Shown: piece after piece, positions 25,932-48,149 of the stretch | How the letters are laid out: each line of letters opens with the position of its first letter | How positions within the stretch are numbered: position 1 is the first letter of the stretch | Source: an uncultured delta proteobacterium | GTDB taxonomy: Bacteria > Myxococcota > Myxococcia > Myxococcales > Myxococcaceae | Direction of reading: 5' to 3' | DNA: 64,000 bases | NCBI GenBank assembly: GCA_963771175.1 | Contig: CAVYSY010000025.1 | Span: 96,001-160,000 of the forward strand | Translations under genes and position numbers: made by a program | The notes under the pieces: model-generated | What the model saw: only the letters and a program-made list of their open reading frames with translations | What the model was told of the DNA's origin: nothing | Database searches by the model: none

Positions 25932-28900
25932 TCAGGCGAGGGAGGACTTGCCGGCGGGGGCCACGGATTCTACCTCGGCCCGCGCCCGCTCGAGGTGGAC
26001 GCGGAGGCGCTCGGCGACCTCCCGCACGTGGGGCATGCGGAGCATGGAGTCGTGGCTGCCAGGCACCTGCTCCACCTCCAGTGAGGCCAGCGAAGCCCAG
26101 CCCTGGGTCGGCGGTGCGAGCCGCGCCTCGCTGGCGGCCAGCAACACCACCCGCCCCCCGAAGGAGCCGGGCACGTAGCGCTCGACGGCGCGCAGGTTGC
26201 TCTCGAACACCCGGCGCAGGGCGTTCAGGTGCGGCCTTCCCGCCTCGGCCAGGGTGACGCCCGAGCGCCGCCCCAGCTCCAGCAGGAAGTCCAGCACCTC
26301 GTCGTCGCCCATGCGGGCCAGGGCCTCGTCCCCGAGCCCCAGCTCCACGCCAAACGTCTGGGCCGCCGCCCGGGCGAACACCACTCGCAGGCCCGCGGCC
26401 TCGTCACCGCCATGCCGAGGCACCGCGGACACCACGCCGGGTGCATAGGTATCCAGCAGCGCCAGCAGGGCCACCTGCTCGCCACGGGCCCGGAGCTGGC
26501 GCGCCATCTCGTAGGCCAGGGTGCCGCCCAGCGACCAGCCTCCGAGCAGGTAGGGGCCCTCGGGCTGCACGGAGCGGATGGCCTCCACGTAGAGCGCCGC
26601 CATTTCCTCCACCGTGCCCAGGGGCTGCTGGCCTTCCTCCGCGCCGCGCGCCTGCAGCCCGTAGAAGGGCTGCTCCGGGCCCAGCAGGCGGGACAGCTCG
26701 GCATAGGCCAGGGTGTTGCCGCCCGCCGGGTGCACGCAGAAGAAGGGGCGTCGGCCGTCGCGTCCGGGCTCCAGCCGCACCAGTGGCGACCAGGGACCGG
26801 CCTCCTGGCGCAGCAGGCGCGCCTGGAGCTCCACCGTCGGAGCCTGGAAGAGGGCCGCCAGTGGAAGGCCGCGCCCGGTGAGCTCGCGAATGGAGCGTCA
26901 TCAGCCGCACCGCCAACAGCGAGTGGCCCCCCAGCTCGAAGAAGTTGGAGTGGACGCCCACCGACTCGACGCCCAGCAACCGCTCCCAGAGACGGGCCAG
27001 TTGCAGCTCCAGCGCGTCCCTCGGAGCGACGAAGGGCTCGGCCGACCGGGTCGACAGTCCCTCCGGCGAGGGCAGGGCCTTCTGGTCCACCTTGCCGCTG
27101 GACGTGAGGGGCAGCGCCTCCAGCACCACGATGGCCGAGGGCACCATGTACTCCGGCAGCCGCTGCCTCAGGTGCGCGCGCAGGCGGGCCACCTCCACCG
27201 CCTGCCCCTCCCGCGCCACCACGTACGACACCAGCCGCTTGTCCCCGGCCTCCTGCCGCACCACCACCACGCACCCACCCACCGCCGGGTGCTCGCGCAG
27301 CACCGACTCCACCTCTCCCAGCTCGATTCGGAAGCCGCGCAGCTTCACCTGGAAGTCCACCCGCCCCAGGTACTCGAGCTGCCCGTCCGCGCGCCAACGC
27401 ACCCGGTCCCCCGTACGGTACAGCCGCGCTCCGGGCGTGACGCTGAAGGGGTGCGGCACGAAGCGCTCCGCCGTCAGCTCCGGCCTCTCCAGGTAGCCGC
27501 GCGCCAGGCCCACCCCGCCCACGTACAGCTCTCCCGGCACTCCCGCCGGCACCGGCTGCATCGCCCCGTCCAACACGTACACGTCCACGTTGGGCAGGGA
27601 CCGGCCGATCGTCAGGTGCTCCGGATCCACCTGACCACTCACCGTGGCGCAGACGGTGACCTCCGTGGGGCCGTACGCATCCAGCAACGTCCGGTCCTGG
27701 CTCCAGCGCCGCGCCACCTCGGGCGGGCACGCCTCTCCCGCGGTGACGAGGGTGCGCAGCTCCGGCAACCCCGCCGCCTCCATCACGCTCAGCACCGAGG
27801 GCGTGAGCGTGACGGACGTGACGCGCTCCTGCTTCAGCAGCGAGTGCAGGGGCTCACCCGGGAGCATCCGCTCCCGCGGCGCGAGCACCAGGCACGCGCC
27901 CGCCAGCAGCGTGGTGAACACCTCGCTCACCGAGGCATCGAAGGCAGGAGACGCGAACTGGAGGACGCGGTCCTCCTCCCCCACACCGAACCGCAGCGCG
28001 GAGGCCAGTGCGGTGTTGCACAAGCCCCGGTGCACCAGCAGCGTCCCCTTGGGCCGCCCCGTGCTCCCCGACGTATAGATGATGTACGCGAGGTTCTCCG
28101 GCGCGACCTCCACGGCCGGAGCCAGCGTGGGCTGCGCGGACAGCTCGGCTTCCAGCTTCTCCAGGTGCAGCACCGTGGCGGGCCGCTCCGGGAGGGCTTC
28201 CGCCAGGTGCTCGCGGCTCAGGAGCACCGAGGCTCCAGAGTCCTGGAGCATGTCGCCCAGGCGCTCGGGCGGATGCGCGGCATCGAGGGACAGGAAGGCC
28301 CCACCCGCCTTGAGGATGCCCAGCAGCGACACCACCGACTCGACCGAGCGCTCCAGCAGCACGCCCACGCGGGACTCGGGGCCCACCCCGTGCCGACGCA
28401 GCAGGTGCGCCAGCCGGTTGGCCCGCTCATCGAGCTCCCGATAGCTCAGCTCCACGCCCTCGAAGCGCAGCGCGGGCGCGTGTGGCGTGCGCTCCACCTG
28501 CGCCTCGAACAGGCGGTGGGCGCGGAGGTCCTCCGGCCTCAGTTCCTCGTGCGACCGGCCCCACTCCACCAGCACCCGCTGGCGCTCGGCCCCGGTCATC
28601 AGTGGCAGCAGTGCCACGGGTTGCTCCGGCCGCTCCACCGCCCCCTCCAGCAGCACCTTCAGGTGCCCCACCATCCTCTCCACCGTCTCGGGCTCGAAGA
28701 GGTCCGTGTTGTACTCGAAGCCTCCTTCCAGACCCCCCGCGTCCTCCGTCAGGAACAGGCTCAGGTCGAACTTCGCCGTCCCGCTGTCCACCTCCAGCGG
28801 CTCCAACGTCAGCCCCGGCTGCTTCAGCGCCTCCATCGGCGCGTTCTGCACCGCCAGCATCACCTGGAACAGCGGCGTGTGGCTCAGGCTGCGCGTCGGC

Positions 28901-31900
28901 TGGAGCTGCTCCACCAGCTTCTCGAAGGGCACTTCCTGGTGCTCGTACGCCTCCAGCGTCGTGTCCCTCACCTGCCTCAACAGCTCTCGGAACGACCGCC
29001 GGCGCTCCACCTTCGTGCGTACCACCAGCGTGTTGACGAAGAAGCCGATGAGTCCCTCCAGCTCGGTCCTCGTGCGCCCCGCCACCGGCGTGCCCACGCT
29101 CACCTCCTCCTGCCCCGCCCACCTCGCCAGCACCACCTGCCACCCCGCCATCCACACCATGAACGGCGTTGCCTTCTCCTCCTGGCCCAGCTTCTTCGCC
29201 CTCTCCACCAACTCCCCAGGCAGCCGGAAGCGCTTCACCGCGCCCCGGTACGTCTGCATCGCCGGCCTCGGCTTGTCCGTCGGCAGCTCCAGCAGCTCCG
29301 GCGCTCCCTTCAGCTTCCCGCGCCAGTACTCCACCTGCCTGTCCAGCGCCTCTCCCTGCAGGCGCCCTCGCTGCCACACCGCGTAGTCCACGTACTGCAC
29401 CGGCAGCGGCTCCACTCTCGGCGTCCTGCCCGCCTTCTCCGCCGCGTACAGCTCTCCCAGCTCCTTCACCAACACGCCCATCGACCAGCCGTCCGAGACG
29501 ATGTGGTGCATCGTCAGCAACAGCACCTGCTGGCCTCGTCCCACCTTCACCAGCGTCACCCGCAGCAGCGGCCCCTTCTCCAGATTGAACGGCCTCTGCG
29601 CCTCCTCTCTCACCAGCCGCCGCGCCTCCTCCTCCCGCTGGTCCTCCTCCACCTCCCGCAGGTCCATCACCGACAGCGGAAGACTCGCCTCCGGCCAGAG
29701 GACCTGCACCGGCTGGCCCGCCTCCATCCGGAACGTCGTCCTCAGCACCTCGTGCCTCCGCACCAGTGCCTCCAGACTCCGCTCCAGCGCCTCCTCCTCC
29801 AGCTCCCCCTCCACCCTCAGCGCCGCCGGCATGTTGTAGAGCGGGCTTCCCGGCTCCAGCTGGTCCAGGAACCACAGCCTCTGCTGCGCGAACGACAGCG
29901 GCAGCTCTCCCTCTCGCGACACCACCGGCAGCTTCTCCTGCTCCCTGCCCGTCGCCGCCTCCACCTTCTTCGCCAGCCCCTCCACCGTGGGCGCCTCGAA
30001 CAGCGTGCGCAGCGCCACCTCCACTCCCAGCTCCGCACGGATTCTCGACACCACCTGCGTCGCCAGCAGCGAGTGCCCTCCCATCCGGAAGAAGTCCTCT
30101 TCCGCTCCCACCTCCGCCACCTTCAGCACCTGGGCGAAGATGGCCGCCAAGGCCTGCTCCACGGACGTCCGCGGCGGGCGCGAGGACTGACGCTCCACCC
30201 CGCTCCCCTCCGGCGCGGGCAGCGCCTTCCGATCCACCTTGCCGTTGGACGTGAGCGGCAGCGCCTCCAGCACCACGATGGCCGAGGGCACCATGTACTC
30301 CGGCAGCCGCTGCTTCAGGTGCGCCCTCAGTCCGCCCACCTCCAGCGTCCGACCCTCTCGCGCCACCGCGTACGCCACCAGCCGCTTGTCTCCCGCCTCC
30401 TCCCTCACCACCACCACGCACGCCCCCACCTCCGGGTGGCCGCGCAGCGCCGACTCCACCTCTCCCAGCTCGATGCGGAAGCCGCGCACCTTCACCTGGA
30501 AGTCCACCCGGCCCAGGTACTCCAGGACGCCGTCCGTCCGCTGCCGCACCCGATCTCCCGTGCGGTACATGCGCGCCCCCGCGGGGCCGAAGGGATCGGG
30601 CAGGAAGCGCTCCGCCGTCAGCTCCGGCCGCAGGAGGTACCCGCGCGCCAGACCGTCTCCGGCCAGGTACAGCTCGCCCACCACGCCCACCGGCACCGGC
30701 TGCAGCCACGCGTCCAGCACATAGGCCCGCGTGTTGCTGAGCGGACGACCGATGGTCGGCACCTCGCGCCGCCCCACCAACGACCACGTGGAGTACGTCG
30801 TGTCCTCCGAGGGCCCATACAGGTTGTAGAGCCGCTCCACCGAGGGCAGCGCGTACACCTGTCGGGACAGCTCGGCCGGCAGCGCCTCACCCGCCAGATT
30901 CACCGTGCGCACCGAGGCCGGCACCGCCCCCAGCTTCAGGAGTTGCGCCATCGCCGACGGCACCGTGTTCACCAGCGTCACCTCGCTGGCCGGCGGCTGC
31001 TCGGCGAGCTGCAGCGCGTTGCGCACCACCACCACCCGGCCCCCGGTGGCCAGCGGCGCGAACACCTCGAACACCGACAGGTCGAAGTTGAGCGAGGTGC
31101 AGGCCAGCACGGACCTCAGCTCCTCGGCCGAGAAGGTGTCCCGCGCCCACTGCAGGAAGGCCACGGCGCTGCGGTGCGTGATGGCCACGCCCTTGGGCCG
31201 CCCCGTGCTCCCCGAGGTGTAGATGAGATAGGCGAGGTTCTCCGGGTGCTGCTCCACCGAGAGCGGCTCGGTCGACTCGCGGGCCAGCGCCTCGGCGTCC
31301 GTGTCCAGACACACCGGTCGCGCCGAGTGCTCGGGCAGCACGCCCAGCAGCGTCGAGTGCGCCACCAGTGCCGGCCCCTGCGCGTCCTCCAGCAGGAAGG
31401 CGAGGCGCTCGCGCGGGTAGGTCGGGTCCAGCGGCACGTAGGCTCCGCCCGCCTTGAGGATGCCCAGCATCCCCACCACCATGTCCACCGAGCGCTCGAC
31501 GCACAGGCCCACGCGCACCTCCGGCCCCACCCCGAGCGCCTTCAGCCGCCGCGCGAGCTGGTTGGCACGCGCCTCCAGCTCCCGATAGCTCAGCCGCTGA
31601 CCCTCGCCGCCCTCCACCGCGATGGCCTCCGGCGTGCGCTTCGCCTGAGCCTCGAACAGGTGGTGCATGCACGCCCGCCGCGGGAAGTCGGCCGTGTTCC
31701 GGTTCCACTCCACCAGCACCTGCTGGCGCTCGACCCCGGTCATCAGCGGCAGCAGCGCCACGGGTTGCTCCGGCCGCTCCACCGCCCCCTCCAGCAGCAC
31801 CTTCAGGTGCCCCACCATCCTCTCCACCGTCTCGGGCTCGAAGAGGTCCGTGTTGTACTCGAAGGCCCCTTCCAGGCCCCTCGCGTCCTCCGTCAGGAAC

Positions 31901-34900
31901 AGGCTCAGGTCGAACTTCGCCGTCCCGCTGTCCACCTCCAGCGGCTCCAGCGTCAGCCCCGGCTGCTTCAGCGCCTCCATCGGCGCGTTCTGCACCGCCA
32001 GCATCACCTGGAACAGCGGCGTGTGGCTCAGGCTGCGCGTCGGCTGGAGCTGCTCCACCAGCTTCTCGAAGGGCACTTCCTGGTGCTCGTACGCCTCCAG
32101 CGTCGTGTCCCTCACCTGCCTCAACAGCTCTCGGAACGACTGCCGGCGCTCCACCTTCGTGCGTACCACCAGCGTGTTGACGAAGAGACCGATGAGGCCC
32201 TCCAGCTCGGTCCTCGTGCGCCCCGCCACCGGCGTGCCCACGCTCACCTCCTCCTGCCCCGCCCACCTCGCCAGCACCACCTGCCACCCCGCCATCCACA
32301 CCATGAACGGCGTTGCCTTCTCCTCCTGGCCCAGCTTCTTCGCCCTCTCCACCAACTCCCCGGGCAGCCGGAAGCGCTTCACCGCGCCCCGGTACGTCTG
32401 CATCGCCGGTCTCGGCTTGTCCGTCGGCAGCTCCAGCAGCTCCGGCGCTCCCTTCAGCTTCCCGCGCCAGTACTCCACCTGCCTGTCCAGCGCCTCTCCC
32501 TGCAGGCGCCCTCGCTGCCACACCGCGTAGTCCACGTACTGCACCGGCAGCGGCGCAATCCTCGTCTCCCGGCCCGCCTTCACCGCCGCGTACAGCTCTC
32601 CCAGCTCCTTCACCAACACGCCCATCGACCAGCCGTCCGAGACGATGTGGTGCATCGTCAGCAACAGCACCTGCTGGCCCCGTCCCACCTTCACCAGCGT
32701 CACCCTCAGCAGCGGCCCCTTCTCCAGATCGAACGGCCTCCGCGCCTCCTCGCTCGCCAGCCGCTTCGCGTCCTCCTCGCCCAGTTCCACCACCGTCAGC
32801 GGCAGCTTCAGCTCCGGCCAGAGGACCTGCACCGGCTGGCCCGCCTCCATCCGGAACGTCGTCCTCAGCACCTCGTGCCTCCGCACCAGTGCCTCCAGAC
32901 TCCGCTCCAGCGCCTCCTCCTCCAGCTCCCCCTCCACCCTCAGCGCCGCCGGCATGTTGTAGAGCGGGCTTCCCGGCTCCAGCTGGTCCAGGAACCACAG
33001 CCTCTGCTGCGCGAACGACAGCGGCAGCTCGCCCTCTCGCGACACCACCGGCAGCGTCTCCCGCGCCCTGCCCGTCGCCCCCTCCACCCTCTTCGCCAGC
33101 GCCTCCACCGTCGGCGCCTCGAACAACGTCCGCAGCGCCACCTCCACTCCCAGCTCCGCACGGATTCTCGACACCACCTGCGTCGCCAGCAGCGAGTGCC
33201 CTCCCAGCCCGAAGAAGTCCTCTTCCGCTCCCACCTCCGCCACCTTCAACAGCTCCGCCCAGATGGAGGCCAGCTTCACCTCCAGGTCCGTCTGGGGCGG
33301 GCGCGACGCACTCCGATCCAGCGCGCTGCCTTCCGGGGCGGGCAGCGCCTTCCGATCCACCTTGCCGCTGGACATGAGCGGCAGTGCCTCCAGCACCACG
33401 ATGGCCGAGGGCACCATGTACTCCGGCAGCCGCTGCTTCAGGTGCGCCCTCAGGCCGCCCACCTCCAGCGTCCGACCCTCTCGCGCCACCACGTACGCCA
33501 CCAGTCGCTTGTCTCCCCCCTCCTCCCTCACCACCACCACGCCCCCACCCACGTCCGAGTGCTCTCCCAGCGCCGACTCCACCTCTCCCAGCTCGATGCG
33601 CACTCCGCGCACCTTCACCTGGAAGTCCATTCGCCCCTGGAACTCGAGCTGCCCGTCCGCGCGCCAACGCACCCGATCTCCCGTGCGGTACAGCCGCTCG
33701 CCCGGCTTCGCGCTGAAGGGGTGCGGCACGAAGCGCTCCGCCGTCAGCTCCGGCCTCCCCAGGTACCCACGCGCCAGGCCCACGCCGCCCACGTACAGCT
33801 CTCCCGGCACTCCCGCCGGCACCGGCTGCATCGCCCCATCCAGCACGTACACGTCCACGTTGGGCAGGGATCGGCCGATCGTCAGGTGCTCCGGATCCAC
33901 CTGGCCACTCAGCGTGGCGCAGATGGTGACCTCCGTGGGGCCGTACGCATCCAGCAGCGTCCGGTCCTGGCTCCAGCGCCGCGCCACCTCGGGCGGGCAG
34001 GCCTCTCCCGCGGTGACGAGGGTGCGCAGCTCCGACAACCCCGCCGCCTCCATCACGCTCAGCACCGAGGGCGTGAGCGTAACGGTGGTGATGCGCTCCT
34101 CGCGCAACAGCGCGTGCAGTATCTCCCCGGGCAGCATCCGCTCCCGCGGCGCGAGCACCAGGCAGGCTCCGGACACCAGCGAGGAGAAGACCTCCCACAC
34201 CGAGGCATCGAAGGCAGGAGACGCGAACTGGAGGACGCGGTCCTCCTCCCCCCCACCGAACCGCAGCGCGGCGGCCAGTGCGGAGTTGCACAGGCCCCGG
34301 TGCAGCAGCAACGTCCCCTTGGGCCGCCCCGTGCTCCCCGACGTATAGATGATGTACGCGAGGTTCTCCGGCGCGACCTCCACGGCCGGAGCCTGAGCGG
34401 GCTGGGCGGCCAGCTCGACCTCCAGCGTCTCCAGGTGCAGCACCGTGGCAGGCCGCTCGGTGAGCCCGTCCGCGAGGAGCCCGCGCGTGAGGAGCACCGT
34501 CGCCCCGGAGTCCTGGAGCATGTAGCCCAGGCGCTCGGGCGGGTGTGCCACGTCCAGCGAGAGGAACGCACCGCCCGCCTTGAGGATGGCCAGCAGCGAC
34601 ACCACCGACTCGACCGAGCGCTCCAGCAGCACGCCCACGCGGGACTCGGGGCCCACCCCGTGCCGGCGCAGCAAGTGCGCCAGCCGGTTGGCCCGCTCAT
34701 CGAGCTCCCGATAGCTCAGCTCCACGCCCTCGAAGCGCAGCGCGGGCGCGTGTGGCGTGCGCTCCACCTGGGCCTCGAAGAGGCGGTGGGCGCGGAGGTC
34801 CTCCGGCCTCAGCTCCTCGTGCGAGCGGCCCCACTCCACCAGCACCCGCTGGCGCTCGGCCTCGGCCATCAGCGGCAGCTTCTCCACCGCCTCCTCCGGC

Positions 34901-37900
34901 CTCCGCACCGCCGACTCCAGCAGCACCTCCAGGTGCCGCACCATGCGCTCGGCGGTGGCGGGCTCGAACAGGTCCGTGTTGTACGAGAGGAATCCCTCGA
35001 TGCCTCCCTCCGTCTCGGTGAGGGCGAGGCTCAGGTCGAACATGGCGGTGCCGTTGTCCGGCTCCTCGGCCCGCAGCGTCAGGCCGGGCAGGGCCAGGGT
35101 CCCGCGGGGGGTGTTCTGCAGGACGAACATCACCTGGAAGAGAGGACTGCGGCTCGGGTCGCGAGCGGGCAGCAGTTCCTCCACCAGCTTCTCGAAGGGC
35201 ACGTCCTGGTGGGCATAGGCGCCCAGCGTCACATCCTTCACCCGGCGCAACAGCTCGCGGAACGAGCGCCCCGGCTCCACCTTCGCGCGCAGCGCCAGCG
35301 TGTTGAGGAACAAGCCAACGAGGCCCTCCAGCTCGGCCCTGTTGCGCCCGGCGATCGGGCTGCCGATGCAGACGTCCTGCTGGCCCGAGTAGCGCGACAG
35401 CAGGGTCATCAGTCCGGCCAGGAGCACCATGAACAGCGAGGCCCCCTCCTGCTGGCCGAGGACGCGCAGAGCCTCAACGAGCGGACGCGCCAACACCATC
35501 GGCTGCCGGCGACCGGTGAAGGTCTGCAGTGCGGGCCGAGGCCTGTCCGTGGGCAGCTCCAGCACCGAGGGTCCGCCCTCGAACTGGCGCCGCCAGTAGT
35601 CGAGCTGTTTCTCGAGCAACCCACCGGCCAGCCGCTCCCGCTGCCAGGCGGAATAGTCCGCGTACTGCACCGGCAGGGGTGGCAGCGGCGAGGGCTGGCC
35701 CTTGAGGAAGGCCGGGTAGAGCGCGGCCACCTCGCGCACGAGCACGCCCAGGGACCAACCATCGGAGATGGCGTGGTGCAGCACCACCACCAGCAGATGG
35801 CTGCGCGCCCCGAGCCGCACCAGCGTGGTGCGCATCAGCGGACCCCGCGCCAGCTCGAAGGACCGCTGCGCCTCGTCCGTCACCCGGCGCCGGGACTGCT
35901 CGCCACGCTCGGGCTCCGGCAGGGCCGACAGGTCCACCCGCTCCAGGGTCGTCACCGGCTCGGGAGAGATGACCTGGAGGAGGCCGGCCTCGTCCTGCAG
36001 GAGGGTGGTGCGCAGCGCCTCGTGACGGCGCGCCACCTCACGCAAGGCGCGCTCCAGGACGACCACATCGAGCTCGCCCTCCAGCCGCACCACCGAGGTG
36101 ATGTTGTAGAGCGGGCTGCCCGGCTCGAGCTGGTCCACGAACCACATGCGCTGCTGGGAGAAGGACATCAGCGCGGGCTTCGAGGTGTCCCGACGCGTCA
36201 CGAGCGCATCCCGCGCGGCTGGCTCTGGGTCCTTCACCCGGCGGCCGGCGATGGCCAGCGCGAGCGTGGCCACCGTGGGGGACTCGAAGAGGGCACGCAT
36301 GGACAGCTCGACCTGGAAGGCCGCGCGCACGCGCGACAGCACCTGCACGCCCATGAGCGAGTGGCCGCCCAGCTCGAAGAAATTGTCGTGGACCCCCACC
36401 TGCTCGATGCCGAGCAGTTCCTGCCAGATGGCGGCCACCTGCTGCTCGGACTCATCACGGGGAGCCACGTAGCCGCTGCGCAGCTCGGGCCGGCGGGCCC
36501 GGGAGGAGGAACCGGCCGGCGGCGATGCCTGGGCCTCGGTCTGGGTGCTGGGGCTCAACCACTTCGAGCCGGAGGTCTCCAGCCAGTAGCGCTGGCGCTG
36601 GAAGGGGTAGCCCGGCAGGGGAAGACGACGGCGCCGCTCGGGCGCGTGCAGCTTCTGCCAGTCGAGCGAGACGCCGGCCATCCACAGCCGTCCCACCGTC
36701 TCCAACAACAGGGGCATGTCCTGATACGGATCCCTCGGACCGCGCAAGGAGGTGAGCACCAGATGACCGGTGGCGCGGGCCAAGCCCTGGCGCACCAGCG
36801 TGCCCAGCGTGCGCCCGGGGCCCACTTCGAGCAGCACCGCGTCCGGGTACTCGGCGAGCAACGTCTGCACGCCCTCGGAGAAGCGCACCGGGCGCCGCAG
36901 GTGCTCCACCCAGGAGCGCGGGTCCGTCACCGTCTCGGGCTGAGCCCAGGTGCCGGTGGTGTTGGTGATGAAGGGGATGCGCGGGGGCGACAGGCGCGCG
37001 GTGCGCACCTCGGCCGCGTAGGACGCCAGCACCGGCTCCATCATCGCGGTGTGCGAGGCGCGAGCGATGTGCAGCCGGCGGTGCTCCACGCCGCGCTGCT
37101 TCAACGTCTCCTCCAGGGACGCGACGGCCGCCGTGGGCCCGCCCACCACGAAGAGCGAGGGCGTGTTGCTGGCGGCGATGGACAGCTCCGGCCCCAGCAG
37201 CGGCACCAGCTCGGCCTCGGACATGGCCACCGAGAGCATCACGCCCTCGGGCACGGACTGCATCAGCCGGCCGCGCGCCACCACCAGCCGCAGCGCGTCC
37301 TCCAGCGAGAGGACGCCGGACAGGCACGCCGCCGTGTACTCGCCCAGGCTGTGGCCGATCATCGCCTGCGGCTTCACGCCCAGGGCCATCCACAGCTTCG
37401 CCAGGGCATACTCCAGGGTGAACATGGCGGGCTGGGCCACGTGCATCTGGTGCAGCCGCTCCTCGGCCTCCTTCTCGCGGCCGGGGGCGGGATGGAGCAC
37501 CCCGCGCAGATCGAATCCGAGCAGCGGCACGAGGCGCTCGCAGCACGCGTCGACGTGCTGACGGAAGCGGGGCTCGGCCTCGTAGAGCTCGCGGCCCATG
37601 CCCACGTACTGCGGGCCCTGACCGGGGAAGAGGAAGATGACGGGGCGGGAGGTGGCCTCCTGCTCCTGGGAGAGCAGCCGCACCTCGTCCCGGGTGGCGA
37701 GCGCGGTGCGGGCCTGCTCCACGCTCCGGCACACCAGCATGCGGCGGTGCTCGAAGCGCTTGCGGCCCACCTGGAGGGTGTAGGCCACGTCCGCCAGGGG
37801 CACCTCGGGGTTGCGCTCCAGGTAGTCGGCGAGCCGGGTGGTGGCCTCGTCGAGCGCCTGGGCGTTGCGAGCCGAGAGCACCAGGAGCTGCCAGGGCCGA

Positions 37901-39233
37901 GCGCTGACCTCGGCGGCGGGCTGCTCGGGGGCCTCCTCGAGGATGACGTGGGCGTTGGTGCCGCCGAGGCCGAAGGCGCTCACCGCGGCCCGGCGCGGGG
38001 CCTCACCCCGAGGCCAGTCCCGCAGCGCGGCGTTGACGAAGAAGGGCCCCTGGCTGAAGTCGATCTGAGGGTTGGGCCGGGTGAAGTGCAGGCTGGGAGG
38101 AAACTGCCGGTGCTCCAGCGCGAGCACGGCCTTGAGCAGGCCGGACACGCCGGCGGCCGCGTCCAGGTGGCCCATGTTCGTCTTCAGCGAGCCGATGGCG
38201 CAGGTGCCCGGACCCGCCCCCTCCTTGAAGGCCTGGGAGAGGGCGGCGAGCTCGATGGGGTCCCCCAGGGCGGTGCCGGTGCCGTGGGCCTCGACGTAGT
38301 GGATGGAGTCCGGCTCGACGCCGGCGATCTCCAGGGCCTCGGAGATGACGGCGGCCTGACCCTCCACGCTGGGCGCGGTGTAGCCCACCTTGGAGGAACC
38401 ATCATTGTTGACCGCCGAGCCCCGGATGACGGCGTGGATGGTGTCGCCGTCCGCGACGGCATCGGCGAGGCGCTTGAGCACCACCACGGCGACGCCCGAG
38501 CCCTGCACGGTGCCCTGGCTGTGCTCGTCGAAGGCGCGGCAGTGACCGTCCGGCGAGAGGATCATCCCCTCCTGGAAGAGGTAGCCGGAGCGCTGGGGGA
38601 AGGAGATGCACACGCCGCCGGCGAGGGCCATGTCGCACTCGCCATCGAGCAGGCTCTGGCAGGCGAGGTGGACGGCGACGAGCGAGCGTGGAGCAGGCCG
38701 TCTGCACGGTCATGCTGGGGCCGCGCAGGTCCAGCTGGTGCGAGACGCGGGTGGAGAGGTAGTCCTTGTCGTTGCCGATGAGCAGCGGATAGAGGCCGAC
38801 CTTCTGGAGCAGGTCCGGCTGGCCGACCAGGCGGGTGAGCAGGTAGGAGCTGGCCGAGGTGCTGGCGAAGACGGAGATGGCGCGGCGGCGCTGCTCGGCG
38901 GCGTGGCCGGAGTTCTCCAGGGCATGCCACGCGCACTCGAGGAAGAGGCGTTGCTGGGGATCGAGCAGCTCGGCCTCTCGGGGGCTGTAGCCGAAGAAGC
39001 CAGCGTCGAAGAGCTCCGCGCCGTCGAGCACGAAGCCAGCGCGGACGTAATCCGAGCGCTGGTACAGCTCGCGCGGCACGCCGGAGGACTCCAGCTCCGC
39101 GTCGGTGAAGACGGAGCGGGCCTCGACGCCGTCGCGCAGGTTGCGCCAGAAAGCCTCGATGCCCTCGGCGCCAGGGAAGCGACCGGACATGCCGATGATG
39201 GCGATGCCGTCGAGGGACTCTGTCTCGGGAGCG

Positions 39234-39241
<8 letters not shown>
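25932..39241 (-). CDS. Hybrid PKS-NRPS: KS-AT-ACP-C-A(Phe)-T-C-A(Ala)-T-C-A(Tyr)-T-TE (apparent frameshifts near 38685 and 26895)
   Basis: [26 protein letters not shown] (KS); GQGPQ, GHSLGE (AT); GGHSL carriers; HHAISDG and two HHIVSDG (C); three [11 protein letters not shown] (A); GWSLG (TE). Pocket residues read against GrsA: DAWTVAAICK, DLFNNALTYK, DASTVAAVCK. Start MSSAPE overlaps the upstream stop (ATGAGTAG). Confidence 0.93.
27070..34860. repeat. Near-identical repeats: T-C blocks (about 28610-30125 vs 31755-33250) and aromatic A domains (about 27070-28590 vs 33340-34860)
   Basis: Identical peptide and nucleotide stretches, e.g. [32 protein letters not shown] (twice) and [32 protein letters not shown] (twice). 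Confidence 0.95.
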
Positions 39242-47797
<8,556 letters not shown>

Positions 47798-48149
47798 GGC
47801 GATGCGCCCTGACTCTTGCGGCCCGAGGTATGTAGAGGGCGAGCGCGTCCCCATGCGCGAACACCCTGACTCTCCCGCAAGTCCAGCAAGTCGGGCCTGA
47901 ACGGACAAACAGGAAGAGACGGAGTGGACCTTATGCAACGCGGAAACAGCTGCACGCAAGAGGGGGGCTATACGCCCAGAGCGGCTCCTGAGTCAGGACG
48001 AGGAGACGACCCACACGCCGGGTCCAGGAGTCTCACCCCGGAGCCCCCCGTCCACCGCCGGAGAGTCCTCCGCCCCGGCCCCTCCAGCGAGCGTCCGCTG
48101 GCATGGGCCGTGCTCCCCCTCGGGTACTACCTGGCTTCCGAGGGGAACC

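Noticed and set aside
47798..48149. Riboswitch or specific operator in the BGC upstream region
   Set aside because: Must contain divergent promoters, but I could not identify a convincing motif or RNA structure by eye.
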